64,000 nucleotides of DNA, from NCBI GenBank assembly GCA_947444055.1, contig CANEYR010000014.1:1738-65737 (forward strand), in the 5' to 3' direction. The notes under the pieces were generated by a model. That model was given only the letters and a program-made list of their open reading frames with translations, did not search any database and had not been told where the DNA came from. The position numbers were made by a program, and so were the translations under genes. Below, one piece after another: positions 17,147 to 26,244 of this stretch (positions are counted from its first letter, which is position 1; the number at the start of each line of letters is the position of its first letter). The DNA is from Planctomycetota bacterium. GTDB taxonomy: Bacteria; Planctomycetota; UBA1135; UBA2386.

Positions 17147-17794
17147 GAGCACGGGCACTTCGTGCACCAACTCATTGACGACCGAACCCAAAACCGGCGT
17201 GCCGAGCGAACGCAGGTAGGTCAGGTTGCGGCGCACGGTGGCGGCCCGATGGCGATTGGCTTCGACCACCAGCACCACCGCATCGAGCGACCGCACCACC
17301 GAGCTCGCTTCTGGCGCGCGATTGAGTCCAGGCACGTCGACGAAGCACAGATCGCGGTCCTTCAACACGTCGCCGAGCATGCTGCGCAGCTTGTCGTCGT
17401 GGAACGCCCAGTAGGGATCGGTGCTGGTGCCAGCAGGAATGAGATCGACGCCGGCGGCGACCTGTTGGCGCAGCACGTCGCGCATCGCCGCCTGGCCGGT
17501 CAGCAACTCGGCGAGCCCCGGGGAGTTCGTGGCCTGAAAGACCCCGGCCAAGGCTTGCTGTCGCAACGTCGCTTCGACCAACACGACGCGCTTGCCCTTG
17601 CTGCCGAGGAACAACGCGAGGTTGGCGGCCAGCGTGTTGGAACCCTCGTCGTCGCCAATCGCGCAGAAGCCGATCGTGCGATGCGTCTCGCCGACGCCAC
17701 GCTGCACCAACGCCGACCACATGTGGCCGAGCTCGGTCGCCATGACTTCACTGCGGCGGCTCTTCGGATCGTGCTTCTGGATGATGGTTCGCAT
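17129..17794 (-). CDS. BY-kinase/CpsD-like P-loop ATPase domain protein with degenerate Walker motifs (221 aa)
   Basis: Overall fit to the Wzc/CpsD ATPase domain (TLAANLALFLGSKGKRVVLVEATLRQ, DLCFVDVPGL). The Walker A position reads GDDEGSNT, so the Lys is absent. Walker A' reads VLVEAT rather than LLiDaD, and there is no C-terminal Tyr cluster. Confidence 0.8.
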   Translation of the reverse strand: MRTIIQKHDPKSRRSEVMATELGHMWSALVQRGVGETHRTIGFCAIGDDEGSNTLAANLALFLGSKGKRVVLVEATLRQQALAGVFQATNSPGLAELLTGQAAMRDVLRQQVAAGVDLIPAGTSTDPYWAFHDDKLRSMLGDVLKDRDLCFVDVPGLNRAPEASSVVRSLDAVVLVVEANRHRAATVRRNLTYLRSLGTPVLGSVVNELVHEVPVLVQKIL

Positions 17795-17805
17795 GACGAC
17801 CTCCG

Positions 17806-19467
17806 TTACCAGCCTTGTTCGCGCAGCGCTTCGTGCCGCCGCAGATTGGTGCCGTCAAGGCGCGGCATGACGCCGATCACGGCAAGGCTCTCGATCTGCT
17901 CGAGGTCGTCGCGCGTGCGCACGACCGAGTCCGGCAGTGAGCGCAACACGATGATGCCAAGGCCGAGGAAGAGGCCGACGAAGAAGCCGCCGAGCAGCGA
18001 CTTGCCGCGGTTGGGGCCTTCTTTCTCAAGCGGCAGCGAGGCAAAGCCGACGTTGCTCAACGAGCTGAAGTTGCCGTCGCCGAGCAGGCGCTTGCGTTGC
18101 ATGGCTTCCCAGTTGACACGCGCGGCCTCTTCGGTGCTCTTCGCCAACTGCATGGTGGTGCGCAGCAGTTCATACTCCGTCTCAATCAACAGCAACTGGC
18201 GCAACCTCGCGGTGCGCTTGATCTGCTGAGCGGACGTGAGCTTGAGTTCGGTGGACAGGGTCGTCACCAAGCCTTGGTTCTCGGTGAGCTGTTTCTGCGC
18301 GTCGGCGTAGGCCGGGTTGCGCACCGACACCTCGACCTCCTTCGCATCGATCGAGATCTTGCGCATCTGCTCGATCGCGCTGCTCTTCGCCGCGATTTGC
18401 CTCTGCTTGTCGACGATCACCTGGTGGTTTGGATCGGACGTCACTCGCTGAAGACCCGCCAGCTCTTCGTAGAGGTCGAGCAGTTCGCCCTCGCGCTTGG
18501 TGAGCGCCTCACTGCTGAGTCCAGGCTTGACCCGATCGGTCGTCCATTCCTTGATCGCGTCGGGGCCCTTCAATCGAGCCAGTAGGTCTTTGACGATTTC
18601 CGTCTTAACGGCGACTTCGCTCTCCAACCGCGCCGCGGCAACGCCGCCCTCGGTCGCATCGAGCTGCAACCGTTTCTTCTCCATGTCGAAGTCGTCGACC
18701 TGTGCCTTGCGATCGAGGAACTCGCGCAGCGCCAGGTGCGCCGCCGTGAGCTTGGCCTGCGTGTCGATGAACCCCTTCTGCGATTCTTCGTAGGCGCGCG
18801 TGCTGTCGTACTTCTTGATGTGCGTCTTGACCGCCTCGTCCATGTAGGTTTTGAGAATCTCCTGCGCCAACCGCGGGTCGTTGGCGAGACAGGTTGCGGT
18901 CAAGACGTCGGTGTAACGCGGTCGCTCGATCGTGATCGTCTTCTTCAACCGCTTCAACGCCTCGTCCGGCGTGCGGTCTTCTGGCCGCGTCGAATTCATG
19001 TCGCGCTGGATGCGAAAGAACACCGCGCGCAGACCCGAGTCGCCCTCCGTGCCGGGTTGGTACGGCTGCAGGATGCGCGCCGCCCCAAGCCGCTCCACGA
19101 CTTTGAGGAACAACTCATCCGTGTTGAGAATGTACGCCGCACCCGTCGCGATCGTCTCCTGGCTGGTCTGCGACGACTTGGTTGGATCCAAGCTCTCGCG
19201 TTCGGCACCGGTGCCAGTGAACAGAAACAGCCCCGTACTCAAGTAACTGTTGGCTGTGGTGATGGCCAGGTAGGTGCCGATAAGCAACCCGAACAGTGTC
19301 GTCGCAAACACCAAGTATCGGCCTCGGAAGGCTGCCGAGAGCAAGCGCTGGAAGGACAGCCCGCCGCTTTCTTGCCCTTGTGGCGTCGGATGCAAGCCGG
19401 TCAATGCCTGTCGGGCAGTGCGCTGCAATTCGTCTGCGAGGTTCTTCGTCATGCTCGTATCGGTCAA
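17806..19467 (-). CDS. Polysaccharide co-polymerase / chain-length determinant (Wzz/GumC-like) protein (553 aa)
   Basis: N-terminal TM (YLVFATTLFGLLIGTYLAI), a long coiled-coil periplasmic region and a C-terminal TM (SLLGGFFVGLFLGLGIIVL). It lies directly upstream of the BY-kinase-like gene. Confidence 0.8.
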   Translation of the reverse strand: MTDTSMTKNLADELQRTARQALTGLHPTPQGQESGGLSFQRLLSAAFRGRYLVFATTLFGLLIGTYLAITTANSYLSTGLFLFTGTGAERESLDPTKSSQTSQETIATGAAYILNTDELFLKVVERLGAARILQPYQPGTEGDSGLRAVFFRIQRDMNSTRPEDRTPDEALKRLKKTITIERPRYTDVLTATCLANDPRLAQEILKTYMDEAVKTHIKKYDSTRAYEESQKGFIDTQAKLTAAHLALREFLDRKAQVDDFDMEKKRLQLDATEGGVAAARLESEVAVKTEIVKDLLARLKGPDAIKEWTTDRVKPGLSSEALTKREGELLDLYEELAGLQRVTSDPNHQVIVDKQRQIAAKSSAIEQMRKISIDAKEVEVSVRNPAYADAQKQLTENQGLVTTLSTELKLTSAQQIKRTARLRQLLLIETEYELLRTTMQLAKSTEEAARVNWEAMQRKRLLGDGNFSSLSNVGFASLPLEKEGPNRGKSLLGGFFVGLFLGLGIIVLRSLPDSVVRTRDDLEQIESLAVIGVMPRLDGTNLRRHEALREQGW

Positions 19468-19663
19468 TGCCCCGGCGCGTTCGATGGTGCCTCACTCGTA
19501 CTCCGGGGGCTGCGCATGCTATCAAACACATGCCCGGCGACCCACGACGCCCATCGTACCCACGTTCTTTCGGCATCTCGCGGCGCCGCGCATGTGGCGA
19601 AGTGCAGGCGCTGCGAAGGACAACGCAAGCATCACTGACGGGGCGAGGCTAGGCTTGCCCCCG

Positions 19664-21400
19664 ATGAAGGCCAGAGGTTGCGATGTCGGCAGCGGCGCCC
19701 CCGGGACAGTCGGCGTCTGGTGCGCCTTGTCTGGGCTGGCGCTCACGGCCGCGGCGTGCACCTCGTCCCCGTCGCCACCGCCTATGACCCAGAATGGGCC
19801 ACCGTCGATTGCCCAGGTTCGCGACGGCATTGGTGCCGATGTCGACAATCAGGACGTTCGCTCCTCCTTGTTCGCAAACTGGGATGCGTTCCTCGATCCC
19901 GAAGGGCTACCGGTGGTCTACGAGTGGAGCATCGGCACCAAGCCCGGCGGCGACGATGTGCTGCCGTGGACGGAAGTGGGCGGCTCGACGCGCGCCTCGA
20001 CCACCGGCGTCGAGCTGCCGCTCGGCGTCCCGCTGCATGTCAACGTGCGCGCGACCGACCTCGCCGACAGCCGCAGTGCGGTATCCACCAGTGATGGCGT
20101 CGTCATCGGGGAACGCGTTGCGCGCAGTCCGACCCTCACGTCAGAGCCCGGTGCAGTCGCGGCGCCATCCGGGCATCTGGTAGCGCTTGATCGCTTCGGC
20201 ACGACGTGGACGTTCGATCGGCCCGTGCAAGCCGGCCGCTTCGTGAACGGCGATTGGTGGGTGATCGGCCCGGTGTCAATCGTCGCCATCTCGCCGCAGG
20301 CCGTGGTCGACGGCACGCGCGTTCGCCACGGCTCGATGATCGATCCAGATCCCAAGTCGCTGACGCAGGGCTACGACAACGCGATGTTCGGGGACGGCGC
20401 GGGCGGTCGTTACGACGGCGCGCGCAATGTGGCGCTGGGCGTCTCGCGCGACCAGCCACTCACGCTCGCACCCGGCTGCACTTTGGTGACGGCCACCAGT
20501 GCGCCGCTCGGCGGCCAAGTGCCGCAGCTCGAATCGTGCGCGCTGCTGACTTGCCTCGCCGAGCCACCGCCCAACAACGCGTTCCGGCCGCCGTACTGCG
20601 GCACTGATAAGCGCTGCCGCTGGACCGCCGACACCCTCGATCTCTCGCGCCTGGCGCAACTCGAGTCGACGCCAGGTGCGCCCACGATCGAAGAACTGGT
20701 CGATCGCTTCGAACGAACGTGGCTCGACCACACGCCGGGTTGGACGGGACGCTACCTGCACCCACGCGCCAACATGCCGGACTACGGGCGCGACCTCGCG
20801 GACCTCGTCGGCCAAGCCGCGCTCGTGCTGCAGCTCGAACACAAGGCCGAACAGAAGCGCCCCCTCGCCATCGCCCTCGTTCAGTTCGGCATCGACTGCT
20901 ACGGCATTGTGCAGAGCGGCGGCCGCTTCCTCGCCGACGGCGGCAGTGGTAGCGGCCGCAAGTTCCCGGTGTTGCTCGCCGGCACTTTGCTGAACGACGA
21001 CGCCCTGCTGCAGCTGGCCAAAGACCAGAAGTTTGCCTTCGCCGAAGATGCGCAAACGTTCTTGGTCACCGAGACCTCAAGCGGGGTCTGGAACCACGGC
21101 CACGGTGGCTACACCGTTGACGACGAAGGCCTGCCCGAATGGGGCAACCGCCACGCCGACGACCCGCGCTTCGACAGCAAGTCGTGGACCGGCGACCCGC
21201 ATCGGCGCTGCTGCACAGCCAATGCCATGTGTGGCTACGTGCTGGCGGCGCGCATCATGGGTCTGAAGGATGCTTGGAGTCACGACGCGCTGTTCGACTA
21301 CGTCGATCGCTACATGCAGATCGAGCCGCGCGGCAGCTGGACGCGCGCGTGGACCCCGTTCGTCGAACGCATGTGGGACAAGCACCGCTCGTCGTTCTGA
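19664..21400 (+). CDS. Lipoprotein of unknown function (578 aa) at the edge of the polysaccharide locus
   Basis: Lipobox-like signal (VWCALSGLALTAAAC). Conserved-looking, non-biased sequence follows (FVNGDWWVIGP..., GSGSGRKFPVLLAG..., WNHGHGGY...). The leading 130 codons of ORF 19274..21400 overlap the Wzz gene antisense. Confidence 0.7.
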   Translation: MKARGCDVGSGAPGTVGVWCALSGLALTAAACTSSPSPPPMTQNGPPSIAQVRDGIGADVDNQDVRSSLFANWDAFLDPEGLPVVYEWSIGTKPGGDDVLPWTEVGGSTRASTTGVELPLGVPLHVNVRATDLADSRSAVSTSDGVVIGERVARSPTLTSEPGAVAAPSGHLVALDRFGTTWTFDRPVQAGRFVNGDWWVIGPVSIVAISPQAVVDGTRVRHGSMIDPDPKSLTQGYDNAMFGDGAGGRYDGARNVALGVSRDQPLTLAPGCTLVTATSAPLGGQVPQLESCALLTCLAEPPPNNAFRPPYCGTDKRCRWTADTLDLSRLAQLESTPGAPTIEELVDRFERTWLDHTPGWTGRYLHPRANMPDYGRDLADLVGQAALVLQLEHKAEQKRPLAIALVQFGIDCYGIVQSGGRFLADGGSGSGRKFPVLLAGTLLNDDALLQLAKDQKFAFAEDAQTFLVTETSSGVWNHGHGGYTVDDEGLPEWGNRHADDPRFDSKSWTGDPHRRCCTANAMCGYVLAARIMGLKDAWSHDALFDYVDRYMQIEPRGSWTRAWTPFVERMWDKHRSSF

Positions 21401-21418
21401 CGTTCGCGCGGGCTCGCT

Positions 21419-21766
21419 TCACCCATCCAGCAGCGAACGGAACAGCGTCATCGAATCCCGTTCGGCCGGCACCACGCGCCCATCGGCATTGATCGCCAGT
21501 TCTGCCGCCTGCAAAAACATCTGACGGTGCGCGGGCGGCACACTGGCCGGATCGATCTCCTCGACGTTCGGCGGCACTTGCAGCCAGGCGGCGACCTGCC
21601 GCGACTCCGCCTCGTTCAACGCCAAGCGCCCGGCGATGCGCATGACGAGATCGCGCTCCGTCTGCGCCACCTTCAAGTCGGTCCAGACGAAGGAACACAC
21701 GAAGCGCATCAGGTTCATGCGCTCGGCGGGAGTCATCTTCATGCGCACAGTGGAGCAAAGCGCCAC
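21419..21766 (-). CDS. TerB-like (tellurite-resistance TerB / DjlA N-domain family) small protein
   Basis: MTPAERMNLMRFVCSFVWTDLKVAQTERDLVMRIAGRLAL...AINADGRVVPAERDSM resembles the TerB-type helical repeat (D-G-x-hydrophobic-x-x-x-E). The start may be the internal ATG at 21742. Confidence 0.65.
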   Translation of the reverse strand: MALCSTVRMKMTPAERMNLMRFVCSFVWTDLKVAQTERDLVMRIAGRLALNEAESRQVAAWLQVPPNVEEIDPASVPPAHRQMFLQAAELAINADGRVVPAERDSMTLFRSLLDG

Positions 21767-21793
21767 TCGGCGCGCCAGATCACGATCCGCCGA

Positions 21794-22213
21794 TCACGGG
21801 CAACCGGTGCCCGCCGCACGAATGCGCAAGCCATTGCTCGCCGCCAGCAGGTTGACGATCGGCCCACCGACCACCAACTCGAAGGCCTGGCAAGCGACGT
21901 CGGTCGCCGCCAATCCCGCCGGCACCGGCAGGTTCCAAGTCGCCGCACCGGAGCCATTCGCTTGCACGAGGTGCGTCGCGATCATCTGAGTGTCGTCGAC
22001 CAACAGCGTGCAGCCGTTGCCGAGTGGCACGTTCGCCGTCTGGCTCGCGAAGGCGAAGATGACGTAGTTGGAGGCCACGACCTGCGCCTGCAGCGAGTAG
22101 GCAGGATTTGGCGACGCCGGCAGGCCGTTCGCAAACAAGGCGGGGGCCGGCGCCCCGCGCCTCGTTCCCCACTCACCTCGACAGCCGTTGGTGTTCAGCT
22201 CCTTCCCTGCCAA
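21794..22213 (-). CDS. Stand-alone copy of the recurrent Cys module (139 aa), with no signal peptide; possibly a gene remnant
   Basis: NGCRGEWG...NPAYSLQAQV...LGNGCTLLVDD...ATWNLPVP...ACQAFELV...SNGLRI aligns with the C-terminal modules at 5332, 11539, 29940 and 33955. Confidence 0.5.
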   Translation of the reverse strand: MAGKELNTNGCRGEWGTRRGAPAPALFANGLPASPNPAYSLQAQVVASNYVIFAFASQTANVPLGNGCTLLVDDTQMIATHLVQANGSGAATWNLPVPAGLAATDVACQAFELVVGGPIVNLLAASNGLRIRAAGTGCP

Positions 22214-22280
22214 GTTATTCTTGGGCGGACCCTAAGGTTGCTAGCCACTCCGACAACCCCCGCTCTCGCGCCCTGCGACA

Positions 22281-22523
22281 ATGCCCAATCCCAAGATCCC
22301 CGCCCGCGTTCCCTACGTGCTCGACGTCAAACCCGGCGCCTACGCCTGGTGCTCGTGCGGCATGAGCAAGAAGCAGCCGTACTGCGATGGCGCCCACGCC
22401 GGTTCGGGCATGGTGCCCGTCATCGAGATGGTCAAAGAGGCGAAGACCGTCGCGTGGTGTGGGTGCAAGCACTCGTGCAAGAAGCCGTTCTGCGACGGCT
22501 CGCACAACAAGCTGCCGAGCTGA
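22281..22523 (+). CDS. CDGSH iron-sulfur domain protein (80 aa, two CDGSH-type motifs)
   Basis: WCSCGMSKKQPYCDGAH and WCGCKHSCKKPFCDGSH. Confidence 0.9.
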   Translation: MPNPKIPARVPYVLDVKPGAYAWCSCGMSKKQPYCDGAHAGSGMVPVIEMVKEAKTVAWCGCKHSCKKPFCDGSHNKLPS

Positions 22524-22602
22524 GCCGGCGCGCGACGACCACGATTTCGGCGCACGCGCCAGATTTGCTGCACGAAAGAGCGGTGCAAATGCCACTAGAG
22601 GC

Positions 22603-22971
22603 ATGAACCCACTCCATCGCCTGCCCTACCTGCGCGCCGTCATCTCCTTTACCGCGAGCACCGCGCTCGCCGCCCAGACCTGCTACCACCAAGGCTCGCT
22701 GCCAACACCAGCCACCATCGAAGCTGGCCCCGTCGCCCTCGGCTGCCTCGGCGCGCCACAGTGGCCCACCTGGCACTTGCTCACCCCGACGCACCGCGCC
22801 CCCGCTCCGCACATGGGCTTCAACCCGGGGAACGCCACCGCCAAGGCTCGCGTTCTGATCGCCTACCGCTGCACCGGCTTCTTGCTGGTGCCGGTGGTGC
22901 CGTTCCAAGTGACGACGATGGGCTACGTCATCGATCGTCCCGAGATCGAATGCTCCCCGGCCACGTCGTGA
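22603..22971 (+). CDS. Small secreted Cys-containing protein (122 aa), a paralog of 31558..31980
   Basis: Signal peptide MNPLHRLPYLRAVISFTASTALAAQ. It shares LLTPTH / Y.C....LL.P. / DR....C.PA landmarks with the 140-aa protein at 31558. Confidence 0.55.
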   Translation: MNPLHRLPYLRAVISFTASTALAAQTCYHQGSLPTPATIEAGPVALGCLGAPQWPTWHLLTPTHRAPAPHMGFNPGNATAKARVLIAYRCTGFLLVPVVPFQVTTMGYVIDRPEIECSPATS

Positions 22972-22995
22972 GGACGGCGTGAGTCAGCAAGTGAC

Positions 22996-25900
22996 CTAGC
23001 GAGCCTGCGCGAACACCCGGCTCTGACCGCCGCCTTCGGGCTGCACCACCACCTGCGCGCCAATGCGCTCGGCGATGCCTTCGACGTGCGAGATCACCCC
23101 GACCTGGCAGCCGGTCGCTTGCAGCGAATCGAGCGCACCGAGCGCCACTTCCAAACTGTGGGCATCGAGCGTGCCAAAGCCCTCATCGAGGAACAACGTC
23201 TCGACGCGCGACTTCGGCGCCGCCAAGGTGGCCAGCGCCAACGCCAACGCCAGCGACACCAAGAACGTCTCGCCACCGGACAAGGTCTGCAGACTGCGCC
23301 GACTGCCGCCGAGGTCGAGATCGACGACGACGAACTCCAGTTCGCCACCGACGTTCTTGTGCAGCCGGTAGCGCCGCGCCAGCTCCGACAGCCGCCGATT
23401 GGCTTCGAGCAACAGCAGGTCGAGCGTCAGTTCTTGCGCGAACACCGCGAACGCATCGCCGGTGCTGCTGCCGATCAAGTCGTCGAGCCCTTGCCACAGT
23501 TGCAGCGCGCGTTCGCCAGCGTCCAGGCGCGGCGCGATCTCGGCGCGGTGGCGGCGCACGAGGTCGTCGGCGCCCAACTGCACGCGCAGGTCCTGCTCCT
23601 TTCTCTGCACGGCATCGGCGGCGTTGCGGGCATCGGCCAACGCCCGCGCGGCCTCGACCGCATCGAGCGATGGCTGGTCGTGGTCCTCGTGCAGTTTGCG
23701 TTGGTTGACTCGCTCCTGCAGCACCGCGCGCAGGCGCGCCACCTCAGCATCGAACGCTCGCAAGGCTTCGGCCTCGGCGGCGAGCGCATCGGCGCCGGAC
23801 TGCGCGGCGGCGGCGACGTCATCGATCGCCACGGTCGCGATGGCCAGCGCTTTGACCAAGGCGGCAGCGGCCGTTCGCTCATCGGCTTCGGCGCCAACCA
23901 CGACCGCTGATGCCTGCGTCTCAACCTGCGCCGCGTCCGCAAGCGATCGCTGCGCGGCCGCGTGTTGGTGGTGCAGCGCATGCAGTTGGCGCAACACCGC
24001 GAGCCGATCGTTCGCAATGGCGGCGATGGTGGCGACCCCGTTGGCGAGTCCCAAACAAGCGCCAGCCAGCGCCGCCTGGCATTCGCCAAGACGCTGCCGC
24101 TCGGTTTCGATGCGCGCGTGCGCGGCGGCGCGTGCCGTCACCGCCTGTTGGTGTTGGTCTGCCGCCGTTTTCTGCTGCGCGTCAGCGGCCGACCACGTCG
24201 TCTGCGCCTTGGTCGCCGTGCGAACGGCAGCCTGCAACGCACTCATTGCCTTGCGTGCAGAGCTGTCTTCCAGCTCGATCTGCGTCGCGAGGGCGGCGAG
24301 TTCGGCGACCGCCGCGGTGGCGTGGTAGGCGGCGACTTCGACGTCGCCGTTGGCGGCTGTGCCCGAAGTGCCCGACGCGAGCGCCCAGGCTGCTACCGCT
24401 TGTGCCACGCCTTCGACGCCAGCGACCTGCGTCGCGTTGACCCATTCCATCTGCGCCAGCGTGGCCTTCTGCTCACCGCGCACACGCGCCAGTTCGCCCA
24501 CCGCTGCCGCCAGGTCAAGCTCACGTGCCGTCAACTCGCCGAGCGCCCGCTGCGTACCAACGTCGTCGTGCGCCAACGGCGCCGGATGCTCGCTGGCACC
24601 GCACAGAGGGCACGGCTCGCCGGCCACCAGCTTGCTGCGAAACGGCGCCAAGCCCGCTTGCGTCCGCGCGGCGTCGGCTCGCTCGAGGGCGCGATCCCGC
24701 GCGCTGCTGGCCTCGACGTGCCGCGCCGTGCATGCCGCCAACTCGGTCGTCCACTGCTGTTGCTCGATGGCCAATGCCGAGCATCGATCGGTCGCCGCCT
24801 GTGCCGTGGTGATCGCCGCGCGCCACTCCTTGACCAGCAACTCCAGTCTCGTGGTCGCATCGCGCTGCACCTGCGCTTCTCGACGCCGCGCAGCCAGCCC
24901 TTCGCCATCGCACGCATCCGCACCGGCCTCGGCGGCTTTGACCGCGGCGCTGGCGGCGCTCACCGCATCGGCCGCGTCCTGCAACTGGCTGTTCCTCGCG
25001 TTCATGGCGCGCGTCGCCGTCTCGACCGCTGTTTCCTTGGCAGCCAGGGCCTTCATCTCGCGCGCCGCCGCCGCCTCGCTCTGTTGCCACTGCTGCAGCA
25101 AGGCCTCCCATTGCGGCAGATCGCGGACCAACGCGGGCACCGCCACGGTCGCCATCTGCCCAAGCGCCGCCTGCAACGCCGTCGCCAACCGCTGCCTCAG
25201 TGCGTCCGCCTGCAACCCACACGCCGCGAACTGCTGCTGCGCCGTCGTCCACTTGCCACGCACCGCGCGAACGGCTGCCTGCGCGTACACCATCACCTCC
25301 CACCGCGGCACCACCGCCATCGCCCGCTGACGACGCTCCAGCGCGAGACGGCGTGGCGCGGCCGCCGAGTGCGCGTCGATCGCTGCATCCAACTTCACCG
25401 TCGCGTCGCTTTCACTGTGCCGATGGCGCGCCGCCGCGTCGTGCCACGTCACATACCGACTCGCCAAGGCGATGCCGATCGCACACGTCTGCAGCTGACT
25501 CTGCCACTGCGCCAAGGCTCGCTCCAGCGTTGTGCGCACATCCTCCGCGAGCGGCGGTTGCGCATCGATCTGCGCGCGCAACAACGCCACTTCGTGCGTC
25601 TTGGCGCGCGCGCGTTCATGCGCTGCCCGCGACAGCCGCCGATAAATGTCCGCACCGGTCAGTGTCTCGAGCAGTTTTGCGCGTTCATCCGCCGAGGCTT
25701 TCAGGAACGCCGCGAAGTCCCCCTGGGCGAGCAGCACAGAGCGACAGAACTGGCCGAAGTCGAGACCGAGCCGCTGCGCAATCGCTGCCAGCACTTCACT
25801 GCGACGGCCACTGGCGATGACCTGCGTGCGATCGAGATCCGTCAGCTGCAGTTCTTGCTCTTGCACGCGGCCGTCGGCCCGCCGCCGCGCGCGCCGCACC

Positions 25901-26244
25901 GACCAGGTCGCCCGATAGCGAACACCATCGCGCCCGATGAAGTCGACCTCGGCATGCCCACTGGCTGCATCGCGCCGCAGCAACGTGCGCGGGTCATTGG
26001 CGCGCAGCCAATCGGTCGGGCTCTCGCCGTCGTCGCCGACCAAAGCCCCGCCGCGCCCCGACAGCCGCGGGGTGCGATCGAACAACGGCAGACACAGCGC
26101 ATCGAGCAACGTGCTCTTGCCAGCACCGACTGGACCGGTGATCGCAAACAGCCCCGCATTGGCCAACGGACCGTTCACCAAATCGATCTCGAACGACCGG
26201 GCGAGGCTGGCGAGGTTCTGGCCGCGGATCGCGAGAATCCTCAT
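22996..26244 (-). CDS. sbcC: SbcC exonuclease subunit (SMC-like ATPase, 1082 aa)
   Basis: Walker A ITGPVGAGKSTLLDA, long coiled coils with a CPLCG zinc hook, signature LSGGETFLVSLALALAL and Walker B LFLDEGFGTLD. Confidence 0.95.
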   Translation of the reverse strand: MRILAIRGQNLASLARSFEIDLVNGPLANAGLFAITGPVGAGKSTLLDALCLPLFDRTPRLSGRGGALVGDDGESPTDWLRANDPRTLLRRDAASGHAEVDFIGRDGVRYRATWSVRRARRRADGRVQEQELQLTDLDRTQVIASGRRSEVLAAIAQRLGLDFGQFCRSVLLAQGDFAAFLKASADERAKLLETLTGADIYRRLSRAAHERARAKTHEVALLRAQIDAQPPLAEDVRTTLERALAQWQSQLQTCAIGIALASRYVTWHDAAARHRHSESDATVKLDAAIDAHSAAAPRRLALERRQRAMAVVPRWEVMVYAQAAVRAVRGKWTTAQQQFAACGLQADALRQRLATALQAALGQMATVAVPALVRDLPQWEALLQQWQQSEAAAAREMKALAAKETAVETATRAMNARNSQLQDAADAVSAASAAVKAAEAGADACDGEGLAARRREAQVQRDATTRLELLVKEWRAAITTAQAATDRCSALAIEQQQWTTELAACTARHVEASSARDRALERADAARTQAGLAPFRSKLVAGEPCPLCGASEHPAPLAHDDVGTQRALGELTARELDLAAAVGELARVRGEQKATLAQMEWVNATQVAGVEGVAQAVAAWALASGTSGTAANGDVEVAAYHATAAVAELAALATQIELEDSSARKAMSALQAAVRTATKAQTTWSAADAQQKTAADQHQQAVTARAAAHARIETERQRLGECQAALAGACLGLANGVATIAAIANDRLAVLRQLHALHHQHAAAQRSLADAAQVETQASAVVVGAEADERTAAAALVKALAIATVAIDDVAAAAQSGADALAAEAEALRAFDAEVARLRAVLQERVNQRKLHEDHDQPSLDAVEAARALADARNAADAVQRKEQDLRVQLGADDLVRRHRAEIAPRLDAGERALQLWQGLDDLIGSSTGDAFAVFAQELTLDLLLLEANRRLSELARRYRLHKNVGGELEFVVVDLDLGGSRRSLQTLSGGETFLVSLALALALATLAAPKSRVETLFLDEGFGTLDAHSLEVALGALDSLQATGCQVGVISHVEGIAERIGAQVVVQPEGGGQSRVFAQAR

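Noticed and set aside
21527-22606. 359-aa + strand ORF spanning the TerB-like, module and CDGSH genes
   Set aside because: The translation is Arg-rich and of low complexity. It overlaps three better-supported genes, one of which (CDGSH) is in a different + frame with unmistakable motifs.
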